Source of the DNA: Stegostoma tigrinum
Lineage: Eukaryota
NCBI RefSeq assembly: GCF_030684315.1
Contig: NC_081373.1
Span: 44,561,173 to 44,625,172, forward strand
Direction of reading: 5' to 3'
Length of the DNA stretch: 64,000 bases
Made by a program: the position numbers and the translations under genes. Position 1 is the stretch's first letter. Each line of letters begins with the position of its first letter. The notes under the pieces were generated by a model. The model searched no databases, was not told the DNA's origin, and saw only the letters and a list, made by a program, of their open reading frames with translations. Below, one piece after another: positions 26,701-39,500 of the stretch.

Positions 26701-27490
26701 ACTATGCTTGGAGAACCACCAACTTAGTCAAAGATACTCTTTGGTCTTCCTGAAACCTGTTGGTCTTTATGAGAGCAAGCAGTTGACCTCGACTGAGTGT
26801 CACACAGTAGCACGCCCAAGCTCCAAGACTACATGCTGAGGGATGCACTAAAGCTTGGGGTAGATCTTGCTAAGGCGCAGTGGGGCAAAATGCTCCAAAG
26901 TCTTTCTGCAAAAATATAATGACCGTCTGTTAAATTTCAAGATCCTTTGATGCCTTCATGGGAATGTAAATAGGGCAACACACTGGCTCAGAGGTAAGGG
27001 GTAGCACAGTGGCTCAAAGGTTAGTCCTGCTCTCTCACAGTGCCAGGGAGCTGAGTTCAAATCCAGCTTCGGGTGACTGTGTGGAGTTTGCACATTTTCC
27101 CTGTGTCTGCATGGATATGCTCTGGTTTCCTCCCACAGCCCAAAGATGGGCTGGTTAGGTGGATTGGCCATGCTAAATTGTCTGGGGATGTGTAGGTTAG
27201 GTGGATTAATATGAGAAATTCAGGGACAGGGGAGGTGTGTAAGTCTGGGTGGGAAGCTCTTTGGAAAGTTGTGTGGGCTTGTTAGGCCAAATAGCCTCTT
27301 TCCACACTGTAGGGATTCTATGCTGTGAATTAGTTTCCTTTCATGATTAGAAAGTACCTATTTTTGTTGGTTTGAAACTCTAATTAGGAATGTCAAATTC
27401 TATCATATCTTTTCTGCAAAGTCTGTATGGAACTGTTTTGGAATGTTGTATTTATAGATAATTGATGAATAAAGTATATTTTTGGAACAT
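23745..27490 (+). mobile_element. Tx1/L1-clade LINE remnants: a short 3' fragment followed head-to-tail by a long ORF2 copy
   Basis: EN end (RIDFLFVS). RT VRQGCPVSSALFVYCIEPFAETIRKD...YMDEVT. C-terminal Cys-rich zf-RVT-like region. AATAAA near 27469. The 3' end is duplicated at 23745-24030. Confidence 0.9.
26997..27323 (+). mobile_element. HE1-like V-SINE nested in the Tx1 3' UTR
   Basis: tRNA-like head (gcacagtggctca..ggttag...gagttcaaatcc), V-domain (tgtgtggagtttgcacatt..ccctgtgtctgc) and CR1-type tail. Confidence 0.9.
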
Positions 27491-27494
27491 ACAA

Positions 27495-28830
27495 TAATTC
27501 AGAGAATGAATGAAGGTGCTGCTGTTGACATGTTGCATTTGGACTTCTAAAAGCCATTTCATACAGTGCAACATGTCAGACCTGGCAGGAAATTATAGAT
27601 CATGGAATAAAAGCAGCAGCAGCAGTGTGGGCACAAAGATGGGAAGCAGAGAATAATGTGTGTATATATATCACACGCTGGAAGAAGATTGACAGTGGAC
27701 TTCCCCAGAGTTTGGTAATGGGACCTTTGCTTTTTCAGTTATACCAATCAACTAGACCTTGGTGTGAAGAAAATAATTTGAAAGTTTGAAGATGATATAA
27801 AACTTGGGAAGCATTGTAAAAGAAGGAGGACTGTACAGAACCTCAAAAGGACATGGGCAATTGGCAGTGTAGGCAGACTGATGGTAGATTAAATTCAATG
27901 CTGCAAAATGTGAGGTGATATATTTTCATTGAAAGAATATGGAGATACAGTATAAGACAAAGTGTTCTACTCTATAGAGAGAGAAACATCATTAAAGATG
28001 GCAGGATGGTGGAAGAGAGCAGTTAATGAAAAATGAATATCCTAGGCTTTAATAATAGGGACATTAAGTACAAGAGCAAAGAATAATAACAGGAAGTACA
28101 GGAGAAATTCAACAGCTCTGGCAGCAACCGTGGAGAGAGAAACAAAATTAACATTTCCAGTCTAGCATGCCTTTTCTTGTAAAGACTTGAAAGAATTGTC
28201 ATGTTGGACTTAACTTTGTTTCTGTCTCCACAAATGCTGCCAGATCTTCCATATTTCTCCAGCACTTTGTCAGGGTGCCAGCATCTACAGTATTTTACTT
28301 TTATACAGAGCAAGGAGGTGATGCTGAACTTGTAAAAGGAATCGGTTAGACTCCAGTTGAGGCATTGTGTATAGGAGCTGGTCACCACTCTTCAAGAAAG
28401 ATGAGCACACATTGGAGAGTGCAGAAGAAGTTTACAAGAATGGTTCCGAGATTAAGAAACTCCAGCCATGAGGGAAGACTGGAGAAATTGGGACTGTTTT
28501 CCTTGGAGAGGACAGGGCTAAGAAGAAATCATGAGGAGATCCAAATGGGGTAGTTAAGGAGAAACAGCATTGTGAAAGGGTTAAGAATGAGAGGAGATAA
28601 ATTAAAGTGATTTGTAAAAGAAATGAATATAATGTAAGAGAAACTTTCTCACAGTGAATAGGAATGCTATGCCTGTAAGTGGTGGAGGCAGGTTCAATCA
28701 AGGCATTCAAGGGGAAGCATTGGGTGATTTCATGCAGGATTACAGGGAAAAGACAGGAGAATAGCACAAAGTTATAATGCACTCAGAGAACCATTGCAGT
28801 CAAGATGGATAGAGTGGTCTCCTGAGATTC
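27495..28830 (+). mobile_element. Old CR1 fragment, right part
   Basis: Degenerate RT motifs, RVQKKFTRMVP..RLEKLGLFSLE and a 3' tail. Confidence 0.8.
28087..28303. mobile_element. Old palindromic Penelope-derived mini-element in CR1
   Basis: Degenerate inverted arms (ggagaaat..ctggcagca..gtggaga / tctccac..tgctgccag..atttctcc). Flanks taca(a)gagcaa resemble a TSD. Confidence 0.6.
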
Positions 28831-29336
28831 TGTAAAATATAGAATTCAGCAGTCTTGGACCAGGCTGTCTTGACATAGTGGAATCTACAAACTCAACTGA
28901 CAAAAAGCAAGGTTGATGTTAGAAGTATGAGATTTGTGCTTTCAGACAATTGAGTCACTATAATCAAAGTTTTCCAATACAAGTAAATCTTTCAACACTC
29001 CAAACACTAACTCTGGCCTTCCCTGGGCTGGGCAGCATGGGCAAGTTGGGCCGAAGGGTCTGTTTCCATGCTGTAGACCTCCATCACTCTATGACTACCC
29101 TAGCACTCCCAATCCCAGGTGTCCCCGATCCCTCCTTAATGCCGACCAAAACCTCCGTCCTGGAGTTGGGGCCATCCACGAGTCACTGGCTAGGATCTTT
29201 GGCTGCGTGTGTCCCCTCCCAACCCAGCCTCACAGTCCATTTGACCAACTTCTTGCTGGAGATGACACTGTAGTCTGCTAATGAGGTTTTACGGTTAAAC
29301 TTGAGAGGATTTCCATGTCCTTGGCATGCTGGGCGT

Positions 29337-29980
29337 TTTGTGAAATTTTCCATTTCCCCCAGGGCTCACCCTGACTCCCAAGCTAACATCAGTAATGACA
29401 GCCCACACCAGCAGCACTTTATTAAAATAGAAACTCGGTGGCCCCGGCAGCCAATTTTCATATTGTTGCCCAGCATGAAGTATCATAATCGAAAAACTGC
29501 ACCTTCTTTAGTTTCTACAATCATTTTTGTTCCTCCCTTGAAGTTGATTGTTTAATTCTGTTGTGGCATTAATAGCTTTGGCAGCACTGTGTGCAAAGCT
29601 CGTGTTTGAAGTAACTCCGTTCATTATAAACTTATTATCAGCTCAGATAAGTTTGACTAATTTACGGCAGGAATTGATGTAGCTTTTTGGGCTCAGAAAC
29701 CTTTTCGGTTTCTTATACAGTGTATGGGTGATGACTCCAACAAGGATGGTTTATCTTCCCAATTGCATACAGGGATATAATGGTGAGGATTTACCCCCAA
29801 AGTCCTTTCAGCTAATGGCTAAAGATTGTGAGACGGAACTCACTTTTGGCAGATATCTTTTTCTGGAATGTTCATGCTCCTGTTACATTAAAAGAAAGTA
29901 GTCGCAGCTAATAACTTGTAAAGACTAGTACAAACAAGCAGGTCAGGGTGAGCCCTGGGGGAAATGGAAAATTTCACAAA
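29337..29980. repeat. Perfect 39-bp inverted repeat with a 566-bp unique spacer
   Basis: 29337-29375 tttgtgaaattttccatttcccccagggctcaccctgac is the exact reverse complement of 29942-29980. Confidence 0.97.
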
Positions 29981-31569
29981 GTCATTCTTTACCCGGGTGA
30001 TTGCAAATTCAACAAAACAATCAGAAACAATGAATAGAGGGGTTTGAGAGGCTTTGTGAGATCTAATATCTGTGATCACCTGTATTTTTCAGTCCCTTAT
30101 ATTCCTGATTTCCCACAACATGTTATAAAATCATTAGTGACCGCAAATATTTTGATCTCAATTGGATTGTGGAAAGTTGTATTTCTGCTTCTTAACTCCA
30201 TCCCAGCAAATAATCTCTTAGGATATCATTTCTATGTCTAAAATGCTCTTGAAATTAAATTTGAGATGACTTTGTATTGTGGATATATTACCAGTAATTA
30301 TTGACACCTATTTTAAAAAATGACACAGTAAAGTCTTTTGGTTACACTGCAAGTCTTTGTCAAGGTAGTAGATATGAGAAAGGTACTGTATTCTAATTCA
30401 ACTTCCAAAACTGTCTTTAAATTATAATGTATAAGATGTACACCACAAATGATATGATGCTACAGGCAGTGTTGGAGACTGAGTCTGTTACATTTTTTAA
30501 GAGTAAACATAGATTATTGATATTGAACATAGATTACAGCCATCTGAAGGAAATCTAACTTATTTTGTTTTTCATATCTTAAGAATACAAATAAGGAACA
30601 GATGGCCTCCTTTATTTTAACAAAATTTCTGCTGTTTTGTTTAATTGCGCATGTTTAAATATTGGTTGCAAACTCTACCTCCGCAGAAAAATAAAATCAC
30701 AGATGATTATTGTCGCTTTGCTAAAAATGGGTGTAATTGAGAGTCACCTCTCTGCAAATGCTACATCCTACTTGCCGTTTGATAGTCCATGTACTGAAAG
30801 ACTCAAGAACTGGTGGAACCTTGAGACAGCAACTGGACAGTAAACTACAGAACTTGTTATTAGCTTGAGTACACAGATAATTTATATTTAGCAGAGCATA
30901 TAACCAGTAAAAGTCAGTTACCCCAACAGAAAGCTGTAGGTGTTATTTATTTGCTGCGATATCAGCAAAAACAGAAGTATGATTTTTCCTTGTGCATTCA
31001 AAGATGCACAAAACTGAGTGATTGCAGTATCATTTATACTTCAGTCTTTGATTTCCCAGTCAAACCTTGAATGTTTCCAGACTGCCTCTTGCTAAAAGTA
31101 TTCAAAATGTCTTTATAAACTTCCAATGGAGCCCTTACCAAAAGAACAAATAGGTTCATCTCCCTGGATCCTTTTTGTTTCAAAGTAATGTTATTAATTC
31201 AATATTTGCATTCCATGGACCTATGAAATGGTATAAACGTGTCAAAACACATACTGTTAATTTTAAAACCCATACCTAATTGTCAAGAGGTAAAGTATTG
31301 TGGAGTGTGCCCAGGAAAAAGCAATGGACAGATTTAGTGTTGAGAGGCTAAAGGTTGAATCAGGCTCTGAGTTTCTGTCATATCCAGGTAGTTGACCAGC
31401 CAAAAGATTTCCTTGCCTTCCTTGCCTGTGGTGGTATTTCAGGACATGGGAGAAACAAGGAGGGCTGTGTGCATGTTGGGGTGTGGGGTGAATAGGGGGA
31501 TGAAAAAAATTGACACTTTAAACTGTGCTCTCTACTTAGTCTTAAATCAAGGGATAAGGAAGAGATTGG

Positions 31570-32235
31570 AGCAAATCCACCTATCAACATCCTGGGGCCT
31601 ACTGTGGTCCAGAAAATGAGCTGGACTCACTATATAAATACAGCGACTACAACAGTGGTTACAACACTACAATACTGCAGTGAATAATTCACCATCCCAC
31701 TTCCCAAAGCCTGACACTGACAACAAGGCATAAGCCAGGAATGTGAGTGAATGCTCCAAACGTGCCTGGATGTGTGCGGCTCCAACAGCTCAAGAAATGT
31801 GAGATCATCCAGGGCAAAGCAGCCTGCTTGGCTGGCATGCTATCCACTCCCTCCACCAGTGGCCCCTTAGTAATAGTGGTGTATACTAACTGCAAGATGC
31901 CCTACATAAATTCACCAATGCTCCTTAGGCAGCACCTTGCAAGCACATGACTAACTGGAAGGATTAGGACAGCAGATGCTTGGGGACGCCACCACTTCAA
32001 TATGGCTTTTCATGTCACTCACCATCCTAAGTTGGCAATATATCGCCATTCCTTCACCGGCACTCAGTCAAGATTCTGGAGTTCCCACCTCAACAATGCT
32101 ATCCATGTACTTGCACTAAATGGAATGAAGCAGTTTGAGAACACAGCTTACCAACATCTTATCAAAAACAACTGGGATAGGCAATAAATGCTGGTTCAGC
32201 CAGCGATGCATGCGACCCCCGGCTGTCCATAAAGA
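31570..32235 (+). mobile_element. 3' end of a CR1-group LINE (SINE partner family)
   Basis: Degenerate ORF2 C-terminus (..QQLKKCEIIQGKAACL.., SRFWSSHLN). Tail gggataggcaataaatgctgg.cagccagcgatgc. Confidence 0.75.
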
Positions 32236-32314
32236 AAATCCCCTATACCACTCCCACCCCAGATTGCCCTCCTGTAATTAAAATGGAAGGGTTAAGGCCA
32301 GGTGACTTCCTCTC

Positions 32315-32470
32315 TAGATAGATAGATTTTTGATTCATAAGGCGATCAAGGGTTATGAGGAGAACACAGGGGAAGGGGAACACAGGAATATCAGCCCTGA
32401 TCAAATGGTGGAGCAGACTCAGTGGGCTGAATGGCCTAATTCTACTCCTATACCTTCTGGTCTTATGGTC
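32315..32470 (+). mobile_element. CR1 3' tail
   Basis: gatagattt..atcaagggttatg..tgggctgaatggcctaattct..(ttatggtc)n. Confidence 0.85.
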
Positions 32471-33185
32471 TCTAGGTGTTTTCTCATGTCCACCCAGTTT
32501 ACTTCCTGATGTTGAATAGAAACCTCACTGCGAAACCGTCCCAGATAGTTTTAAGTAAACTGAGTCAAGGTTTTGTTTAAATCATCTGCCAAGCATTTTG
32601 TTTTCATGAGAAATAGAAATTCCATACAAAAGAGAAAATTGGATGATTTATAATGTTTACCTTATCCATTTTGCATTTTCCATTTGTTGCTTTTGAAGAT
32701 ATTATTTATTTATGTCATGCCTACCTTTTTGACTTTAAATTCCTATGACTTCATTTATAATGGAATTTGTCTAGTGTAAGTCAGCTAGTCACACTATAAT
32801 TACACCTTCCTGTCTGACAAGGTAACAATAAGCAGCTTTAATTGCAATTGTTAACATGGGAATTTATAATGGAAATAGTAAAATAAGACAGAATGTCTGA
32901 CTTTCAAGTGGCAATTGAATTATATCTGCATATCTTGAAGTAACAACATCATTCCCTCTTCATAGACCTTTAAACCTACCTCATCTGAATACTATTCTTT
33001 AGGAACATTATTCTTGAGTGCTATCTGGCACAAACTGGACACTGTAAATGTCTCTATGTCTGAATAGGTAGGCCAGAGATGCACTGGGTCCAATCATCAT
33101 TCAGTTGGTGAGCTGTGTGCTGTCTCCCATTAGCTACCCAGAGTCCTTGGTGAGACCACTATAGCACCAGCAATAACCCTCCATC

Positions 33186-33480
33186 AGACTGTCAATCCTC
33201 CAGGTCAAACTGGAGACTTAGCTGAACATCCAGGGCGCTGCTTTGAGTAGTCCAGGAGAGAAATCATCAGGACATTAGATTATTGTTCTCTTTCCTGTTA
33301 CTATCACTGCATTAGGTAACAAACTATGTGTCTGTGCAAGTTCAAATTGCCCAAGGAAGGCAGTATGCCAGACAGAATGTTCAGCGATGAGTGGCAGGAG
33401 CTGGGAAGATGGAGTTTGGAGGCAACAGCTCACATGATGAAACCTCCAGAAATTCACCCAGTCCAAGCTGGCAACCCCAA
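33186..33480. mobile_element. Probable old hAT-type non-autonomous DNA element
   Basis: Degenerate termini resembling gggttgccaaccctccagg ... gctggcaaccc. No TSD discernible. Confidence 0.4.
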
Positions 33481-33724
33481 CCCTCAGGCAAGTCCTTACA
33501 GAGGGGCAGGAAGGGACAGGGTGCATCATGTAGAGTTGATTGTTTCGGAAGTTTGATTTGAAGGGGGCAGAAAGCGATGCTGATGATTGAGTGGGCAAAC
33601 AGTGGGAATGACCCACTGTTTTAATGTGGGAGCTGGTCCACAAAGAGACTGATAAATAAGTATATTTTTAATTGGTCATGCTTGAAGACCCTGACCAGCA
33701 GCAGGACTTTAGAATGAAGTGGCC

Positions 33725-34388
33725 TGATATGTCTAAGGAATGGGAGGGGGAGTTAAAATGGTTAGCGACTGGGAGGTGCATTTGTTTATTGTGAACTGAG
33801 CGTAAGTGTTCTGCAAAGCAGTCCCCAAGCCTCTGCTTGGTTTCCCCAATTCCCCAATCCCTGTCCCATTCCTTAGACGACATGTCCATCCTGGGCCTCC
33901 TGCAGTGCCATAATGATGTCACCCGAAAGTTGTAGGAACAGCAACTCATATTCCACTTTTGAACCCTGCAGCCCAATGGTATCAACGTGGATTTCACAAG
34001 CTACAAAATCTCCCCTCCCCCCACTGCATCCCAAAACCAGCCCAGCTTGTCCCTGCCTCCCTAACTTGTTCTTCTCTCATCTATCCGCTCCTCCCACCTC
34101 AAGCCGCACCTCCATTTCCTACCTACTAACCTCATCCCACCCCCTTGACCTGTCCATCCTCCCGGACTGACCTATCCCCTCCCTACCTCCCCACCTATAC
34201 TCTCCTCTCCACCTATCTTCTCCTCTGTCCATCTTTGGTCCACCTCCCCCTCTCTCCCTATTTATTTCAGAATTGTCTCTCCATTCTCCTTTTCTGATGA
34301 AGGGTCTCGGCCCGAAACGTCAGCTTTTGTGCTCCTAAGATGCTGCTTGGCTTGCTGTGTTCATCCAGCTCCACACTTTGTTATCTTA
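33725..34388 (+). mobile_element. Penelope-like element 3' part with an inverted 5' segment
   Basis: 33725-33850 on the minus strand encodes IGETKQRLGDCFAEHLRSV..VANHFNSPSHSLD (GIY-YIG). The plus strand resumes SHSLDDMSILGL and ends in the pseudo-LTR. Confidence 0.9.
34291..34325 (+). ncRNA. Minimal hammerhead ribozyme motif
   Basis: CTGATGA(34294-34300)-A-GGGT/ctcg/GCCC-GAAAC-GTC. Confidence 0.6.
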
Positions 34389-35419
34389 GAAACAGATGAT
34401 CTTGTCATTCAGTTCACCACTGCTTGAGACAATTTGCTGTGTGCAACTCTCAAGTGCATTTGCCTACATAACAGTTGCTGTGAAAGACAATGTATAAATG
34501 CATTCTTTTTTCCTTCTTTCTAATCCCTTTGCCTCTCAATTGTATTTCCATAGTTACCATCTTCTGAATATTTTCCTAGCACTGTCTTTCAGAGTCCCAA
34601 TAGGAGGTTTGACATACCAAGACATTAATTTCATGTAATTTCGGACTTGATGATTAACAAGAACAAAACAGAGAAACAGAATGGGATTTCCTAAGACTGT
34701 GCGCTTTCAATGTTTGGTTGTGTAGTATGAGTAGAATTATCAATTATCTTGTTATTTCATTTTTTGTATAAATAAACCTCCATAGCAACATAAAAATCAC
34801 AGTACTGGCTAGTGAAATCCTATGGCTAATACCAGACAAGGAAAAATATCACAATTAACTAAACAACAGGAATCAGCAAGAAACTGAGGGGTTTAGGTTT
34901 ACACTCGACTTGGTCCTACACCCCAGTGAAATCGACAGAGAGTAATTAAGGAGAAAAACAGCATTCCACCTGATTCTGTAGGTCCCCTGCTAGGATTGGG
35001 GTTAAATGACTGGCAACAGTTCTTAAAACCTAAACAAAATTTACTTAAATAGTTTTCTTCACTCATGTTGCAGACCAAGGAGGTTGATGCCCTGGCAGCC
35101 AGATATTTCAGGAACCATGTTTTTGCGTGCACCACTGGTAGAAAACTTCCTATCTTTTAATATTTCGCTGACTGTCAAAATGAAATGATGAGAGAATTGT
35201 AGGCACTGTGTCCCATTTCTCAACTGTGGTGTCTGCCGTAAGAAAAATCAGCCTTTGTAACGTACATGTCAAGAGAAAAATATGATGTTAAGATCATCTG
35301 CATTACAATAATTAAACCATTTATTTTGCATTTGTCCGACTCAAACAATAGAAGTTATTGTGTTGTGTACTGGCAATGTCTGCATAATGTTCCCGCTTCA
35401 TGCCAGAGCTGAGAGAGCT

Positions 35420-36060
35420 AGGGGTACATGCACAAATTGTTGAAAGTGGGAAGGCCAGGCAGGGAAGTAGTTAATAGGTTATCTCAAATCCTGGGCTTTA
35501 TAAATAGTGGCATAGGATATGAAAGCAAGGAGGTTTTGTGAATCTCTATAAAACAGTGGAGCGTTATATCTGATGATGGGCACCATGGTCAAGGAAGGAT
35601 GTGATAGCATTTGACAAGGTATAGAAAACGTACAAGGATGAAACTACAAGCATCCACGAAAGCAGTTGGGCAACTTTCCTGAGTGGACTAAATATTGAGA
35701 AGAGATTTGATAGAATGCTCAGATTCATGAAAGATCTGGGTAGAGTAGATGACAAAAAGCCATTGGCAAGTGGATTGAGTATCAGATTTAAGATGGATGA
35801 CTTTAGTACCAACAGTAAGGTGCAGGAAATGTCTTCTTATGCAGCAGTAACTAGGATGTGGAATGCACTGAGACTGTGGTCAAGAAAACTTTAAGTGAGG
35901 CTTTCAAACAGAATTAGCTAATTATTTGGGGGGAAGATTTGCAGGGCTGTGGGAAGTGGAAGCAGTGGAACTAATGCAGCTGCTCTTGAAGAGAGCTGAC
36001 ATGGACTTGACAGGCTGAATGGTATTCTCCTGAGCTGTAATCATTCTAAAATTCTATGAT
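35420..36060 (+). mobile_element. Old CR1 fragment
   Basis: Degenerate ORF2 end and tail (ggctgaatggtattctcctg..(attctatg)n). Confidence 0.75.
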
Positions 36061-36398
36061 TTCTAATTCAAAAGTTATAACCGACCCAACTACATAAACT
36101 TGCTTTAAACTGTTACACAAGCTATAGCTGTAAGGTATGTTTCCTAAATGAGAACAAAACACATTTATTGAACATGAAACTCCAAATCAGTAGAAAATGA
36201 AAATCTGTGATAATGAATGGAATGAACTGAAGCTTTTCTATTATCCTTTATCATCATTGATGGATCTACAAAATATCGATTAGTTTTCATTTTTGAATAG
36301 AGATTTAGCATCCCAAGTTAAAGCAATTGCCTTTGCACAGTAATGATAACATATAAATAAATCCATTCAGTTTTCATAACTTGGTCTGAATTAACTTT

Positions 36399-36418
36399 AG
36401 TGTGTGTGTGTGTGTGTG
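36399..36418. repeat. (GT)n microsatellite
   Basis: About 9-10 GT/TG units. Confidence 0.95.
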
Positions 36419-36679
36419 AAAAATTGATAAGGATGCTGTAAGAGGCAACATGCTCACAGCTTTCTACATATTTTGTGAATGTACAAAACCACAAGTCTTT
36501 TTTCAAAAGGAATCACTTGCAAGCACAAAATTAAGCCCCACAAAATGTTGAGACACTTTGTGAAAATGATCTACACTGTGCCTGCAGCTTTGGCAAGCTA
36601 TGCAGCGTTGGCTGCAAGTTAAGAAATGTTTAAGCCTCTACCTCAGTCTTTTGCTGCTCTTATTCACAAATCAAGCAGG

Positions 36680-37080
36680 AATCATAGAACGGTTTCATCA
36701 CGAGGCCATCTGCTAGAGCAATTCAGCTGGTTTCACTCCAGGCCTTTTCCTCTTAATGTGCAGTTTTTGCCCCTTACATCCAACCTCTGTTTTGAAAACC
36801 AGAGAAAAATCTGCCTCCACCACCCTCACAGGCAGTGCATTTCATATTGTAGCTAATTGTGTCAGAAAAGAGGTTCTCCTTGTATCTTTTGCCATTTCCC
36901 CTCAGTATCCTGACTCTTGACCCTTAGCCAACTGTTTCTCCCTGCCGATGCAGTCCAGAGCCCTCATGGTTTTCAACCTTTCTATCAGATTTCTTCTCAA
37001 CTTTCCCTTCTCCAAGAAGAAAAGCACCAGATTTTCCAATCTGTCCCAGTAGCTCAGATCCCTGCAAACATTGCATTTTC
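36680..37080 (-). mobile_element. Old CR1 fragment
   Basis: Reverse-strand CR1 tail (aatcatagaa..gaggccat) and degenerate ORF2 end. Confidence 0.55.
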
Positions 37081-37267
37081 TTTATTTGAGCTAAACTAGC
37101 CACATTTTTAATAAACTAAATATTATCGCAGAATCCACCTGAGTTTGAATTCAGGGTATATTTGCAATATGACAGAAATATGGTGATAACAACAGCAAAA
37201 ACACTTCCCAGAGTACTTCATAGAAGCATAAGCAAAAAATAAATCAATGCCAAGTCAAACATCCTGT

Positions 37268-38386
37268 TGTTATGACAGTGTTGGAGGAGCGCACCAATTC
37301 CATTCTCTCACTGTTGTTACAAATTTCACATTTAACCAGGTTGGTTATATGCCCAAAATCATAGGTCTCAGACTGATTCCGTTTTGTAAACAATTCAAAA
37401 ACATAAGTTGCTGGTGAAATTCAGCTGGTCTGGCAACATCTGTGGGGAGAAATCAAAGTTAATGTTTCAAGTCCAGTGACTCTTCATCAGAACAAAGAAT
37501 TGTATCATTGTGATCAATTCAGCCAGGTTTCTTTCACCAATGCAAAATAATGAGTCTATTACAAATAAAACTTACTTAAGACAACACGCAAAGGTTGTTG
37601 ACAAAAATAGGTTTATACTGTGCACATATTGATAGGATTTATATTCTAACATCACAAAATTAACATGATGCAAATTAACAGAACAGATAGGTGATGGTCA
37701 AGCACTTGCAGCTCGCATCAAATAGCAATCCAACCAAACAGCTCCCGTGGATTTCTCGGCACTCTCCTGCCCCTCAGATGCTTGTGATACTGAGGGTCAC
37801 CAAATCTCAAAATCTCATTAAAACTTCATTCGGGATTACAATTCTTTACCTTTGACAACCTAGTCTTGAAATTCTCAGTAAAGCCGTTCCATCATGGACT
37901 GCTTCCGCAATTGCTCACATTCTGGTGGTCAGCCCTCCTTTCCTGGAACTATGTTTGTGTGGCTTCTTGGAACCTGAACTCCAGCACTTATTTATAATCA
38001 GACCTCCTGCTACGCACAAATAGCAGGTTTCTCCAAGATAATACTGCCCTGAATTAGTTTCTTTAACAGTAGTCAGGCTCAGTTGTACAAAGCAAATCCA
38101 GCTTTTGGGCTTTCAGCCCTGACTCCCTCTTATCTGAACTATTATCTTATCTTTGGCTTCTTTCTAGTCCTTAAGAGGGCCAGGAGTTCACTGAGCCCTC
38201 ACTGCAGAACTTGTGCCAGTTGTTCAGTTGACTTTAGCAGCACAGCTAACAGCTAATATGGAGTAGACTTTTCTCTCCCCCACAAACTATCTTTCAATCT
38301 CACCACTTGTCACCTTTGAACTCCCCTTCCGTGACACCAGCCCCCACCAACCTGTCCTGAGTGACCCATTTAAAAACCTTGTAACA
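37268..38386 (-). mobile_element. Possible long solo LTR
   Basis: TGTTA...TAACA inverted termini about 1.1 kb apart. No clear TSD. Confidence 0.4.
37457..37493 (-). ncRNA. Minimal hammerhead motif in a Penelope pLTR fragment (37405-37495)
   Basis: Reverse complement reads gtt-CTGATGA-A-GAGTC/actg/GACTT-GAAAC-ATT-aac. The ATT may be a CpG-decayed GTT. Confidence 0.5.
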
Positions 38387-38639
38387 TCAGCATTTCTAGA
38401 TAGAATTGAAGATAATGAATACTTTAGGACAATTGAATGTAGCAAACCCTTCGAATTCTCTTTTCCTTGAAAGATGTCATTTTAACAGAATTCTGGCTTA
38501 CGGCACAAATTGCATACGACAGAACATTAGGAATTCATCAAACTGTGATAAAAGACATAGATGTTAAGGAGAATCTTACAAGAGCACAGAGAGATGTACT
38601 GACACAGTGTTTTCAGCAGGAATTTTCCAACATGGGCTG

Positions 38640-39500
38640 AAACTATGGCCATTTAGAAGAATGGTCATTTACAAGATCGCAAACACATAGGTCAGGGTCA
38701 GAGCCCAGGCAGTTTGGGATAGTGTGATATTGCTAGAGAAAATTAACAAGCCAGGAGTAGAAATGCCATGGAGAGTACCAAAACTTGAGTTGCTTATGGA
38801 TCTAATTTGGCTCATCAAGAGTAACAATCATATTGGATTGGGTGTAGACAGGGTATGGGATAACCGAATTTCAGAAGATCTGAAAATTACTGGGCACGGA
38901 AGATAGAAGGTGAGCCAGGAGCAGTGTTGGTACAATTGAGTATGGAGATGATGAAGCAATGGACAATGGACAAGCATTTTGTTGACAGATTGGCTGAGAT
39001 AGGAGGGAAGGCTCATAATACAGAAGAAAGAGTAAATGTTTCTTTTGTGAAAAGAGGAGGTAAGGTCAGAATCTCACCTCTGTGGATGAATAGGAGACTG
39101 GGATTACCATCAGTCTGGTTCACCCTGAGATGGTGACTGGGGGTAATGAGTGTCAGTTGTGTGGGGAGCTGGTGGTAGGTTTTTAATCTGTGGTGAGTCA
39201 ATTTAGATTTTCTGGGGTGTGGTTGGGGCAAAAGCAGCTGAAGAAATTGGCGTTGCTTTCTTTGTAGGTTAACTCGAGGAAATGGTAGCCCATTTAAAAC
39301 CAGGCAACAATCTGATGACAAAGGGACAGAGATCAAGTAGGAGATGGCAGGGGTGTCATCAATCCAGGAGTGGAATCCTGAACTTTGACCTTTAGATGTT
39401 GCCAAGTATCAGCATGTTGGTCGAGATGCTCTGGCCCTGATCAGAAGGTGATCCCATGAAGCTGCAGACAGACAGCAGTCTGTGGAGGATGATACTGCTT
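38640..39500 (-). mobile_element. Old L2-like LINE internal fragment
   Basis: Purine-rich degenerate sequence resembling antisense L2 ORF2. No intact motif. Confidence 0.4.

Noticed and set aside
35073-35160. Acceptor followed by TKEVDALAARYFRNHVFACTT
   Set aside because: The donor is poor (GTAGAA) and the peptide is not recognised; compatible with chance.
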